Positions 1-11,900 of a DNA stretch of 64,000 nucleotides are shown here, piece by piece. The DNA lies in assembly GCA_964187785.1 (NCBI GenBank), contig OZ076409.1, forward strand, positions 77,006,001 through 77,070,000. Direction: 5' to 3'. The position numbers and the translations under genes were made by a program. The stretch comes from Amphiscolops sp. MND2022 (taxonomy: Eukaryota). The notes below the pieces were generated by a model, which saw only the letters and a list, made by a program, of their open reading frames with translations, did not search any database and was not told where the DNA came from. Position 1 is the first letter of the stretch. Each line of letters starts with the position of its first letter.

Positions 1-593
1 ACTAGTTTGCCCTTCGCAGAAAGTTGTCTATCGGTGCCGTCTAATTTGGCTCGATACTGCTCCTGTTCAGAATCACTGTGCCCTGAGTCTTCATGGAATC
101 CCTCTTCTAGATCAGGGAAAGTAGAAGAGTCCAAAATGACATTTGGAGCGACTGGTGGGTAGACGGCAACGCCAGAGCTGTCCATTAAATCTTCTACATC
201 TGTGGTGTCGCCATATAGTCCTGGTACTTCCTCTGTAGATTCGGTTTCCTTGTTACTGCCGGCCCCTGTCTCAATGTTTGTCAGATCATTCCTCACAGTA
301 ATGGGCTCCGACACAGAGGCTTTCAGAAAGGGGATGCTGACAGTGACCATCCGGGCAGTAACGCCTTGCCGACTTTGCAGTGGATCTATGATCTCAGCCT
401 CGGGTTGAGACATTACGTCAATAGTCCTTTCAATAAATGCGGTCACACTTTCTTCAGTAGACCTGCTGCCTTCGGACACTTGGGGAGAAGGCCTGACAAG
501 GCCTGGTAACTCAACGGTCTCTGGAGTCTCAGTTTCATCGTTCCCGACAACTGGAGCGGTAGTGGGTTCTGGCGAATTTTCCTCTGTTGTCAT
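1..593 (-). CDS. N-terminal acidic/low-complexity exon of the antisense accessory gene of element 0 (partial, runs off window)
   Basis: Open frame MTTEENSPEP...EEVPGLYGD...QLSAKGKL after the acceptor at 596; resembles ECPSLYGD...ELSGRARAIL of the element A gene. Upstream GT-AG intron at 596-798. Confidence 0.7.
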   Translation of the reverse strand, partial: MTTEENSPEPTTAPVVGNDETETPETVELPGLVRPSPQVSEGSRSTEESVTAFIERTIDVMSQPEAEIIDPLQSRQGVTARMVTVSIPFLKASVSEPITVRNDLTNIETGAGSNKETESTEEVPGLYGDTTDVEDLMDSSGVAVYPPVAPNVILDSSTFPDLEEGFHEDSGHSDSEQEQYRAKLDGTDRQLSAKGKL

Positions 594-1787
594 ACCTAAA
601 TGAAAAGAGATAATTCGATGCGGACAACTTCCTGAATATGAGTCCATCCAAACCGCAGTAAAATCTTCCGGAAGTGAAAAGGAATAAAACATGACGTCTA
701 AATTGCATTGACGAAAATGGACAGGAAGTGCATGAACGAGATGAAAAGCCTTGATCAAGCTTATTTCCGTTCAAAAATTAAAAGACCAGATAGCTTACCT
801 GCAGTTGTTGGCCAATTGGGAGCTGAAGGAGTATGACGTGAAGATCGTTGACGTATTGAAATTGTACTGCAATCCAGGCTAGAAAATCCTGAGGAACCGA
901 ATGTCCTGATCGGGCAAATCTTTGGCAGTGAAGAGGGAGGAGTAGGTCTTGATAACGACGAAAAGGGAGATCTGGACGAGTCCGGCAACTGGACAACGAT
1001 CCTGAACGAGGGGATGAGAGGCAGTATGAAATTCACAGAAGTGCTGTGGGGTAACGGAAGAAGTATAATATTCAAACAATGACTCTGTACTAAATAAACA
1101 ATGGATAAATACGAATATGGAAAAGTAACGATTAATGAATTGGAAGAAGACGAAATTGATTGCAAGAGCAAAGTTGGAGTTCGTGGCAAACTGGATTTGA
1201 TGTCAAATATTTTTACAATTATGAGAATTATTTTGTGGATGGAATCTGCCAGAGAAATCCACATTAGTTATATTTCGAAACATGCATTTTCATTATTTTA
1301 TTACCTTAGTTATTTCATTATTTTTAGTTATTTTATTATTTCCTTATTTGGATTATTATTTTTAATTCCGCCATATTGAAAAGCGGACTGAGTGGGCGAT
1401 TCCCATTGGCTGTCGCGGCGATGCGCTGCGCGTGGCCTTAAAACTTCATCACCCTCTCTTGAAATTCTCAAGTGGATATCAAGTGGAGATAAACACTAGG
1501 CGAAGTCCTTGAAGGTTCTTTGCCGACTTAGGCAAGCTGAAGTTGATCGTCGGTCAACAAAGCAGAAGGCGGTCTATATCAAAGAACATCTTGGAAAGTT
1601 TAGTCAGCGAAACATGATGCGGGAAACGAAAGACCGGGAAAATGTGAAGCAAAACCATCGAGAAATTGAGAAATGAAAATCGCCATTTGCTTCCTAACTT
1701 TCAAACTAAACAGCTGCTCTACTCAAACCAAATTAAAATTGTCCTATTGCATTCAAAATTGCAAAAAAGATAATAAAAGATAGATTT

Positions 1788-2627
1788 ATGGCTCAACGAT
1801 TTCCTGAAGACTTCATCGGCGCAGCGCCCGAGGGCATAGATATCATCTGCCTGTCCAGCGACGAAGAGGAGGGAATGTGTGACCTAAGCATGACTTCGGT
1901 GCTAGACCTTCAACTGTCATCGGAGGACGAAGAAGAAATAGATGACGAAATCATGATGATGGCCCAGTGTGTCGAGATGGAATTATCATCACCCATCCCA
2001 GTGCCTGGTCCATCCACAGCGCTGAAAATTAGAAACGAGGCCCCCCGATATAACCCACCAAGGTACGGGACCTCCGGGGCGAGTTTTGCAACAAGGCCTA
2101 CTCTTGACCAATCCTTCTTCTCATTAGAAAAAGGAAACGGCCCAATACGGCGAGACGACCGAGTGCGCAATAATCACCCTATCAAGCTGTGTAGGGAAAT
2201 CATTCCCATGGTGGACACTTCCATGTCGCCCCCACCAGAAGAGAAAGGACCAACTTACGACACCTATTCAGCGGACGGTCAGGGCGAGATTACCCAGCAG
2301 TCATTGGACGCAGTTGCAAACCATTTCCAAGGAATGGAGATTGAGACGAACAATCCTATGGCAAATTACTCAGATTGCGTGATATGTGGGAAATCTACAT
2401 TACAAATCCAGAGTGAAGCTGTCACAGACTACTTGCACAAGACGGCCATTTTGGGAGAATCGGCAGATCAACTAGAAGCGCGCAAAAGAGCCTTTTTGGA
2501 AGGAATGCAAGTGGGCACTTTCTTATTGCTACCAGGGGGAGTGTCGCAGGCTGCCGCCTGCGATGGCAACATTTACACGATTGACCATACGAAGCCAATC
2601 GCCCTACCTGGGACGCTCCCATTGTAA
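1788..2627 (+). CDS. Accessory ORF-X of element 0 (acidic, SIM-like motif, CxxC), C-terminus overlaps the 3' LTR
   Basis: 279 aa ORF clearly homologous to 7306-8088 (IICLSSDEEE/VIYISSSEEE, MSPP, CVICGKS/CMVCGRS, VSQAAACDG, PGTLP). Confidence 0.8.
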   Translation: MAQRFPEDFIGAAPEGIDIICLSSDEEEGMCDLSMTSVLDLQLSSEDEEEIDDEIMMMAQCVEMELSSPIPVPGPSTALKIRNEAPRYNPPRYGTSGASFATRPTLDQSFFSLEKGNGPIRRDDRVRNNHPIKLCREIIPMVDTSMSPPPEEKGPTYDTYSADGQGEITQQSLDAVANHFQGMEIETNNPMANYSDCVICGKSTLQIQSEAVTDYLHKTAILGESADQLEARKRAFLEGMQVGTFLLLPGGVSQAAACDGNIYTIDHTKPIALPGTLPL

Positions 2628-4169
2628 ACCAAAACTTTCAAACATTTAGTATTATTTTGAACATGTAATATTAATTGATGAATTATATTGTTATTTCTTA
2701 TGTAAAATACATTTGACAGCAAGACATACTGACAGGCAGAAAGGAAACGTGTTCAAATGTTTACCTGCTCAGTATGGCTAGCTAAGCCGCCTACGGTCAA
2801 TTGGCCAATCAGAGTGCAGTTTGTAATAGCCATCTTATTACTTATTACGTAACTGTGCTAATAACTATTTAGAATGGACCAAGGCGGCCAACTAACTTTG
2901 CCGGCCTTTTTGTGCTCTAATGCTATACTTGATTGGTATTCAGTAATTACAAATAGGACGAAAGCGGCTATGTGACATAGCCGTCCCAATTCACTGTATT
3001 AATTGTCTTGGTGCTATGCAGTAAATAAGGCCTGTCATGGCCGGTTGGCACGATGAATACTCAAATGCTGTATACTTGCCATATGAAATTGGTATTCCAG
3101 TTAATTAGTGGCTTGAAGATGCAAATAACCCACCCCATGCAATAAACAGACATATACACTGTTAACATGTAATTGTTGCTCTCTCATATTATGATGGGAC
3201 TGAATTAGAAAACCCCAACGGCCATACGCCGAACAGGGCCTTCATGAATTGTTGTGCATGTAAACTGTTGCTTGCATGAATTATACTTGTAAACAATTTG
3301 ACCCATATGTGGATGAGACTTGTCGGGCCCTTTGATCTAGCCGCCCGCACAAGTCTAAAATGATGTCATGTTACTATTTATAGTGCTGACGTATCTCTTT
3401 TTAGTTTGCGTTGCTATTTTTAGTATCATGACCGTTACAATTTTGCCTGTCATGCCCTCTGAGGTATATATACCCAAGTCGGCCTGACAAAGGTTAATCA
3501 TAATTTAGCAGCTACCTGATACACTACGCTCATTTTGATTAATCTGAAAATAGAAATACTTGTCCACAGGAACAATTCAAATATTTTCTCCTGGAATAAT
3601 ATTTTCAATGCCTTCTACGAGGAGACAAAAGGCCAAGTCTAGAAAATCGAGAGAATTAGATATGTTGTCCGACTACGGCAACATGGACGTGATGCTAGGT
3701 GGGAGAAGTTCCAACTCTATAGAGAGAGAACTCGATAGCTTGATTAACGTCCCTGAGGGACAACGAGACTTTCAGTCCTTTCCAAATAGAGAAAACTCAT
3801 CTCAAGAAAATGAGATTAGAGACATTGATAGTAGAAATGAACCAGTTAGGGAAAGTAGGCTAATTGAGTCTATCAATACGCTATCTGGTGAAATGAACGC
3901 TAGGATGTCACGCGAGATGGAGGCTATGATGGACCTAATGCAATCACAAATTACCAGAGCCATTAGCTCTGCTATAAGCGAGAGAATTATTCCGGAAATA
4001 CAAAATATGGTTGAAAACTTGCCTTTGTGTCAAAATGGCGTTGGGCCGGGTACGTCCCTAAATGAGGATGGAGTCAGAAGCGCATGGGAGAACGCAAATA
4101 CAAGATTGACAAAGAAGGACTCTAGGTCCGCTTGTGACTTGAGAGAACATCCGGACGTTAGTCCTTACA
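2542..4169 (+). repeat. 3' LTR of element 0 (1628 bp)
   Basis: TG...CA ends inferred by homology to the element A LTR start and by the Gag reading phase; preceded by purine run AGGGGGAG. Confidence 0.75.
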
Positions 4170-4237
4170 ATGCGACTTACCGGAAACTTCGAAAAAAAAT
4201 TCAAAAAAATTCGGAAATTTTTTTTCTCAATTTTTAG
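3608..4237 (+). CDS. LTR-encoded Gag N-terminal ORF running into flanking DNA
   Basis: MPSTRRQKAKSRKSRELDMLSD matches the element A Gag start MPTTRKQKKARKSRGLEMLSD; similarity stops at the LTR end (4169). Confidence 0.75.
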   Translation: MPSTRRQKAKSRKSRELDMLSDYGNMDVMLGGRSSNSIERELDSLINVPEGQRDFQSFPNRENSSQENEIRDIDSRNEPVRESRLIESINTLSGEMNARMSREMEAMMDLMQSQITRAISSAISERIIPEIQNMVENLPLCQNGVGPGTSLNEDGVRSAWENANTRLTKKDSRSACDLREHPDVSPYNATYRKLRKKIQKNSEIFFLNF

Positions 4238-4290
4238 TTTTTTGAGAGCTTTTGTTGTCTCCAGTTGTAGAAAAAGTGGTTTTCGAGTCT

Positions 4291-4336
4291 TTTTGAGCCT
4301 TAGATATGGCGCCGACTTGGGCCGTTCCCGGCTTGT
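4291..4336 (-). repeat. Dispersed repeat terminus (ACAAGCCGGGAACGG...GTCGGCGCCATATCTAAGGCTCAAAA), probable non-autonomous element
   Basis: Similar copies at 25023-25067, 54827-54872 and 56914-56959 (+). Confidence 0.7.
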
Positions 4337-5402
4337 TTCTGATTTGTTCTTATCCTCGGGAGGACTTTTTACTGGTGATGATGGAGTACCTTCCTAATCA
4401 AGCTGGATTCAATGTTGGTTGCGCGAGGTCAACTCATAATTCATCCGGCCACTCCGGTTTTGCTTTAGGGTTGACCTCTTTGCCTTCAAATCAAATTCTA
4501 GTTCTTCTTGGCTTGGTTTTCCAGGTGTCCAGGTACATTTCGTTATAAACCTTTTTGTGAAACAAAATATCTCGGTATTTGTTGGTTGAACTGTGGTTGG
4601 ACGGGAAAAACAATGTTTTTGTTTATGAGTTTTGTTTAATTTTCCTATGTTTTCAGTTAAAACGGTATGACCAATTTGTTCTTGCAACGTACGTCCAGCT
4701 AGCAGCGTACATCCTAGAACTGGGACAACGCCTAAGGTTGCATAAGCAGGAGACCATTGTCCTACTACAACGCTAGACACTCTTTTGATCCCAGATTGGT
4801 CTCCTAGGGGGACTATTCTAGTGTCGAGGAGGCTCATGTTAGAGCTCCGAGGCGATGCGCCAACACTCTCAAAGTCCGGACACGCCCCACAGACCTGTAA
4901 AAACGTTTCCTATTGTTCCTAATTTATTCTTGCGTCTCCTACATACCTTCGAGGTCCGAAAACGGCAGTTGGCTAAAATACATTGAATTTCCGGAATAAG
5001 ATCTAAAACGGAGAAAATAGGGATCTGCTAGATCAAACATCACCAAAAACCTGCAAAAACCCCAAATACGGTACAACAGGCTAAGGAAACATCAGGAGTC
5101 AGTGTCAGCGAGGAGTCTTGGACTTGCGAGGTGGCACATGCAAACTTCTGAGTTTCCTCATCTCTGGGGCAATTTTTCGGGTTCTGCTGTTAGCCGTGAC
5201 GTCTTCCGAAGGGAATGGCTCCGCACGGCGATTTCAGGGATATCTCCATGGCCATTTTTCTCTTGTGCGATGCTTCGAATTTTTAGAAAAACTCTATTTC
5301 TGGAAGGTGTTCTGTCACAAGGCTGCTGGACGTTACATCTATTGTCCCATTGGGGATTTCTGTAGGGCCATCTTTTTGAATTTGTTTTCACCACCGATAA
5401 AG

Positions 5403-6119
5403 TTATTTACTAACGGTTGTTAGAGGACTTCCGGTTCCTTCGTTTCTTCTCGCGGTGGTTTTCATCTTTGATATGACAGGGAGATACAAGGGCTCCATGG
5501 AGTAATCGTTGGCAAGAAACGCATAACACGTAATGTCATGAACATTTAGGTCAGGGTAATCACCGTTCAATTGATTCACATATTGTTCGTTTCTTAAGCT
5601 ACTCTTTGCGTTAAGGTTTCGCTGAACTTCGGAATTTGGTTCCGGTCTCTCGGCCGGAACGTCCCATCCCTTTCTGATCCTGTGTCCTGGTTCGGCCATT
5701 ATAACATTTTGGATTTGAGGAAGTACTTGAGTACTTATCGCGTCGTTTATGGCTCTCTGTATTTGGACACTTACGGAATTCATCATCTCATCCATTTCCC
5801 GTGAAATACGAGAGTTCAGTTCGCTAGACAATCTGTTTATTTCAGCGCTAGAATCACCTGTGATAGAATTGCGATCACACTCGGCATTCATCCTAGGTTC
5901 AACATTTCCCCTGGGTCTACTTCCGTTCCCGTCCCCATTGTCAGACTCATTACTAGCAAAACTCCTAGACCTCCTAGGTAAATTGCTATTCAGGCTACCT
6001 TCTCTTTCTCGTGCACCAAAATGGTTTTCGCCTAACATGATATCCAGATTTTCAATATCTGATAACATCTCAAGTCCTCTAGACTTTCGCGCTTTCTTTT
6101 GCTTTCTAGTGGTAGGCAT
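5403..6119 (-). CDS. LTR-encoded Gag N-terminus (195 aa) fused to flank-derived tail
   Basis: Near-identical to the first 195 aa of Gag at 20412, diverging exactly at the LTR end (5534). Confidence 0.7.
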   Translation of the reverse strand: MPTTRKQKKARKSRGLEMLSDIENLDIMLGENHFGAREREGSLNSNLPRRSRSFASNESDNGDGNGSRPRGNVEPRMNAECDRNSITGDSSAEINRLSSELNSRISREMDEMMNSVSVQIQRAINDAISTQVLPQIQNVIMAEPGHRIRKGWDVPAERPEPNSEVQRNLNAKSSLRNEQYVNQLNGDYPDLNVHDITCYAFLANDYSMEPLYLPVISKMKTTARRNEGTGSPLTTVSK

Positions 6120-7394
6120 TAAGACAGAACCGGGTTGAATAATTCAATTATCAAAACCGGAAAACTGACAAAAGTCGTTGTGTTAATTCAATCTTTATCA
6201 AAGTAAAGGTATGGGATTTGTGTCCTTTTTTTACAGAAATATAGCTATATATACTCCTAAAAAGATGACACTCACATTCCACAAATTCTTTGATCAAGAA
6301 AACATCATATGACTATGGCCTCAACGGGTCATGTGACAAGTGTTATTACAGCATCGGGTAGGGTGTTCAACACTTCAAAGCAGATATTTTAGGGTGATGT
6401 CCCGATTGGTAAAATTCCTAGTTTCAGGGTAGTCCTTAGGAATTCAACATCAAAAGAATGATATTTAACAGGGTACACAAGCAGCACCTTCAAGTGTCGT
6501 GTTTATAAACATCATCAACATCATCCTGTCAACAAATACCAATGTCTATTGAAGGAATGCAAAAGGCATCTCTTCGGAATGTGCTTGTGGCACGCGTTAC
6601 CACGCGCCTATTATTCAACGTGAGTAGGAACTAGATTAAATATTACATGATCAGTTCTGCTTAAAATAATACAGCATTTTTAAAATAACACACTTTCTGA
6701 CAATGCCGAAGATGGACAAATCCGGTTTATTAATTCTGCACTGTAATAAAAGAGAGAAAAAGCCTTATTCGGCTTTTGAGTGAGTACTAGGTTTATTAAG
6801 CTCATTGCGCGGCATTGGGGCTTTCATTCATTATTAAGAGTACATTTACAGTAATTTACGATTAGTACACCCAATTAACACATATACAGGCTATTCCAAC
6901 GAAGTGGCCGGAACCGGCCGTTTGACTAAAGGGCACAATTATTGAGTCAATTGGCCATACTCGGCCATTACATAATCAAAGTGGTATTACTTATAGAAAA
7001 GGAGCAACGTGATTGGCTAAGGAGTTGAGCTCAAGTGACGTCTCCGGAATAGGAGTTTCGTTCACTTGAACTCGTTTCCTTTCTACTGTACAGCTACATT
7101 GTCACGTATTACGTTTACAATAGCAAAGCGCCTTTCAATCTTTTGAAGTTACAAATACACTATTTGAATCTTCAAATGTGACTTTTAACAGACTAATTTT
7201 ACATGTGCAAGTATATATATATATCGAAGCTAACAACATCAACAAACATATTACGTATTGAATAACAAAACAGTATGAAAGTTCTAAGTTTGTAAATTAT
7301 CCCAATTAATAAATGGGTAATGTTCCGGGTACGAATTCTTGTCCAGTTGCCGACGTTGTCACACTCGTACCGTCACAGGCGGCAGCCTGCGACA
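5534..7394 (-). repeat. 3' LTR of element A (1861 bp)
   Basis: Direct repeat of 19827-21684; about 16 differences counted by eye. Confidence 0.95.
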
Positions 7395-8088
7395 CTGCCG
7401 GAGTAATAAAAAGAAAACAGCCGGCGTTAAGTCCGTTCTCGTACGCTTCCTTCCTAAGCCTGGTGATGTGCTCAGGCTCATCTCTGGGTGTGGATCGCTG
7501 CATGTACCATTCCACCTTCTCGTTCTTGATCGAGTCCACTGAACGGCCGCAAACCATGCATCCCGTATAAGGCACCGCACTGACATTTTGATAGGGCACT
7601 GTGTTTTGCACATGGTAGGACGCATGGAAGTTACTCGTGATTGACTGTGCAAGGGGAGTGTCTAAGCTTGGCCCTCTCTCGTGTTCCGGAGGTGACATTG
7701 GCGATTCTAGGACGGGCATTATTGTGTTACAGAGCTCTATGCGTTTCTTTTCAATTCTCCTTGGCGGGGCATAACACATTTCCCTGTCAAAATATTTAAT
7801 GCCCAGTTTCGGTGTCGTTCCTTCTTCTACATGAGACGTACTTGGCCCTACTCTCGCTTCATCTTCAGGCTCATCCATGGTCATTATCCTGCCCCCGATT
7901 AGCACGGGACTGGAAGTAACTTCCCTTTCAATCCGGGCAATTAGCTGCTCGGTATCTGTCGAACAATCGGTCTCCCAGTCTGAGGATTCTTCTTCACTAC
8001 TGGATATGTAGATTACTGATTTGCTAGAATCATCGGACTCATATTCCTCAAAGTCAAACAACTTTCTTGAGAGGTTGAACTTACTCAT
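7306..8088 (-). CDS. Accessory ORF-X of element A (SIM-like motif, CxxC), overlaps the 3' LTR
   Basis: Homolog of 1788-2627. The ATG at 8088 (MSKFNL) matches the homolog's length; the frame is open to 8286. Confidence 0.8.
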   Translation of the reverse strand: MSKFNLSRKLFDFEEYESDDSSKSVIYISSSEEESSDWETDCSTDTEQLIARIEREVTSSPVLIGGRIMTMDEPEDEARVGPSTSHVEEGTTPKLGIKYFDREMCYAPPRRIEKKRIELCNTIMPVLESPMSPPEHERGPSLDTPLAQSITSNFHASYHVQNTVPYQNVSAVPYTGCMVCGRSVDSIKNEKVEWYMQRSTPRDEPEHITRLRKEAYENGLNAGCFLFITPAVSQAAACDGTSVTTSATGQEFVPGTLPIY

Positions 8089-8973
8089 TATTAGTTTTTT
8101 AGCGATTTTTGAAGCTGATAAGGCAACTGATTCGAGGTGAAGTTTTAGGTAGAATGAATTTATCCGATTCAAGAATTTAGCCCAGTAAGGCTTTTCCGAA
8201 GTTTCCAATTTGGCGGTTAAAACATCGGTTAGTCGTCCTGATCCGTCGTAAACTTTCCTGAATGGAATTCCATAACTAATCGGCACCCTTTGATATTTCA
8301 GTGTTTACCCCTCATCGGCGTCATCACTATGAGAGGTGTGAATGACGCTTGAATTATTAATATCAACTACACCAGTCTCAAGTGGGTAATTAACGGGTCG
8401 CTTGTAAGCAATTAACGGCATGCGTCGCAAAGTTTTCTCAAAATGGGCTTCAGCCAATCAGAATTGAGCTTTGATAAATTGTAAAATTGAATAATAAAAT
8501 GGCGGAAAATAATAATCCCGAATAATTCCAAATGGCGATAGTTTCGCCTGGAGATAATTAGGGTAATGGGACAACCCGGCAGAATAAAATAAGGCGAATG
8601 GCCTTAACCGGCCATTAATTGGATAATCTGTAGAAAGGTGAGGTTGTTCTGTGCATTTCGCTGGCAGACTCCATGCACTATTATAAATATGTAAATAACT
8701 ATATAATATTAGTCTGGTAATTTCTTCAGCCACGAACTCCAACTTTCCAATTCCTTTATTCATCTTTAATTCCATTCGAATTCTATTTATATATCAATTG
8801 TTTCCCTTACTGGGATTCTCCTAGCTGATATTCATCTTCCCTTTGTCTCTAACTCTGCTGTCGATCCCCTCTCTGCAGCACTAGGGCCCCTAACTTCAGT
8901 CCACCCACGGCCATTTCCCTCAGCTTCTTTCGCCCGACGAGAGCATTTACTGTACGAGTAACATTACGGCAAC

Positions 8974-11900
8974 ATGTCTTCCAATCCAGGTTGGTTTGAT
9001 TTTCTCTTTCTTTCAAACAAGCTTAGCTTGATCAAGGCTAAACATTGTTCACATGACGCTTCCTGTTTCCATCAACTAGACGCGTGAAAGCACGCTTCAT
9101 TCAATTTTCAAGACACTTCCGGAAGATTTCCAACGCGGTAAAATGGACACTTTTCAAGGAAGCATACCGCTAAACTTTATCTCTTTTCGTTTAGATAATC
9201 AGGCTTCTGAGATTGAGAACGCATCAAACCCTTCTGGACTGCCGCAAACAATTTCCAATGAAGGTACAGTTCCAAGCGTGGCGTACATCGCCAGATCTGT
9301 GATTTCTCCTCAAAGCGTCGAATGTGAGGTAGACGTGAATGCCTATGCAGAAGCTAAAGTGCAAGAAATGGAGGTCGAGCAGATCCAAGTACAACAACGA
9401 TCACCCACCAGTGATCCCAATTTGATGACGGCCAATCCTGAGGCTTCCACTAATGACTATGTTCCCCAGAGTTTAGTCCCCGTTCGGTCTAGCACCCCAA
9501 TACCGATGGAGACTGCTGGAATATCCCAAGCTAGCTTGCACACATTAGAGGCAGGTCTAACAGTTGTAAACAACCCTGGATCCCAATTACCTGAGCTCCT
9601 TCCTGCCACTGAAGCGGAGACCGTTGTTCCGCCAGTTAGGAGAACCTTGGATGACGAGGATGGCGAATCTTCTGTATATGAAGTTCCTATGCTGCCCACC
9701 CAGGAACACAAAGTCCGGTTCTTGACCGACTTAACTGAGGCTGATAAGACAACCGTGGAGGCGAGCAGTACCGAATGTCCTTCACTCTATGGAGATATTC
9801 CTGGAATGTCTGAATCTGGAAGAGAGACCAGTGAATGCCCTGACACTACCGTCCTCAGGCAGCACCAGACCGACCCACAGGCATCCACTTCTCAAGGCTT
9901 TGACGTCCAGCCTCCTGAACTTTCTGGAAGGGCACGAGCCATACTGAAAACTTATTTCGATGAGACACATGCCTTTCGGTTCCCACCAGGACAAACAGCA
10001 GTTGCCTTCACAGAGTCTCAGGTGTATCACCTGTTACGCGTCTTAAGTGACGAAACGCTTCGGATGTCACATTCTACTATGGAAAGAATGATCCTGGATG
10101 CAGTCCGGGGCAGTCCTACAATCGCCCCATCACGCACTGACCTTTTCAAATCAAGGACCAGAGCACAGACTCCTTACAGGCAAGTTGATAGCAATTCCAG
10201 CGACGCCGGGACCGGTGACTTGCCAACTACGGATTCAGAGGGACATGACACCATAGACCGGGGCACACTTGGCGACTCTTCCTCATTCGGAGAAAGCGAC
10301 AGTGCTGGCGAAATGGCCTTGATTTCGGCCTCTTTTAAAACTTCAGTCAAAACCACAGACGTCCCGATTGTTTCACCTAGAGAGCAGCCAGGAGTTATGC
10401 AGACTGGTAGTCAAGAAACTGACCGAAGCAGTCAGGATATCACTTTATCTGAGGTGAGAGAACAGTCACTGCGGTCTAAGACCAAGTTGCCGAGTAAGAA
10501 GACCCCGAAGGGCAAGAGACTACCTCAACGTGGAGTCCCAATGCGAGAGGAGTTCTTCGCAAAAATCGGTTGGACCCGGTCGTTTATCTCTGGGCCAGCG
10601 GATCCGATCCACAACCCCTTCATGGTCTGGTGTCACATTTGTAAGAAGAATTTCTCCATTAGAAGTAAAGGGCAATGGAGATACTCAGGCGCCACAGAAC
10701 TGAGAAACATCTTAGACGGGACCAGAGGTGGAGGTACGAGTATCTGAAAAGTACCGATCCAATTACGCTCAAGACCCAACACCGAGTCCGAGGCAGAAAT
10801 GCGAAGATCTTGAGCAAGATAGAACTGGCCAAGGAGCTCCCCAAGTTTATCCATGTGGAGTTAGTGGATATTGGAGAACGTTTTCCTTTCTACGAGGATT
10901 TCGTTCGAGGTAGGACTACTCCCTTGGTTACTCCCGAGTCCCGAGCAAGAACTCAGCTAAGCATGGTAGCTGATTTCATCCAGAGCTATGGCGACATCAC
11001 CATCCTCCGGAGCATGTGGGCCAAAATCAGTTCCATTACTGACCATCAAGCTTCCCTTTGCGACTTCGACTGGGGAGAAGAGAGGATGACTGTAAGTATT
11101 ATTTGCTTTCCCTTCTCACAGGACTTTTCCCTTTCTGGGTTATTAATATTTGGTCTGTGTCCATTTTAGGCAATATTCCAGCATTTCTTCAACTGCGCCA
11201 TGAGTGACGTCGCTGACCAAATTTCCAGTCTGCAATGATTTGCCTTGGAATTTGAAGACCAGGGGCCCAACCGCTTCATGTCCGTGAGGTTCTGGAAGGG
11301 TCAATATCTTTGCAAGGTCATCGCTTGTCGCAGCAGGCTACCCACCACCGACCTCACTGGAGAGTTAGGTTCCATGGCGCGACTCTTGTCTGCAATTTCA
11401 ACAAAGGCAGACGTAGTGGCCTGTTCTGGGTGTCCGGCCGACCTAATCCGGACCATAGATGAGCTCCCAACTTCAGTGCGGGCTGTTCAGAGCTGCTTCA
11501 GGTTCAACCAGCTCAATCTGTCCAAGTTGATGCACAAGAAGAACTACAGTGTCTTCGGCCACATAGACTTCTTCTCAGTGCTACGCGGCTTGGTCATCTC
11601 CCTGGGCGGGTTGACCGATGAGGACTGGATACAGCGCAGTCCCGAACTGGCCAAAGTAAGTGGGCGCTCGTATCATATTGTAGCACTAACTCGCACTCCT
11701 AAGGGTTTCTAGACGGGTTATTGCAGTGGCTCCGCCTTTTCTTTAGGCTATTTCCAAGAGCGATCTAGACCTGTCTACACTGCCCTTCTTGTGTCAAGAA
11801 CTCATGGACGAGTGGAAGTCCGTGGTCTCTTTCCTTACCGAGCACTCTCCCAAACAACTGGGCCAAGGAGTCAGAACTAGAGTAAGTGTCTCAACTCAGG

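Larger units (their letters stand above)
1..4169 (+). mobile_element. Element 0: 3' part of a long-LTR gypsy retrotransposon related to element A
   Basis: Same order of parts as element A: antisense spliced gene, accessory ORF, then an LTR starting TGTCGCAGGCTGCCGCC (2542) that holds a Gag N-terminus homolog and ends ...TTACA (4169). The 5' part is outside the window. Confidence 0.85.

Noticed and set aside
4337..5528. GC-richer segment with short ORFs at the element A insertion site
   Set aside because: Probably a decayed repeat continuing after 21689, but no motif could be identified.
7306..8286. env gene in the third-ORF position
   Set aside because: No signal peptide, furin site or convincing transmembrane anchor.
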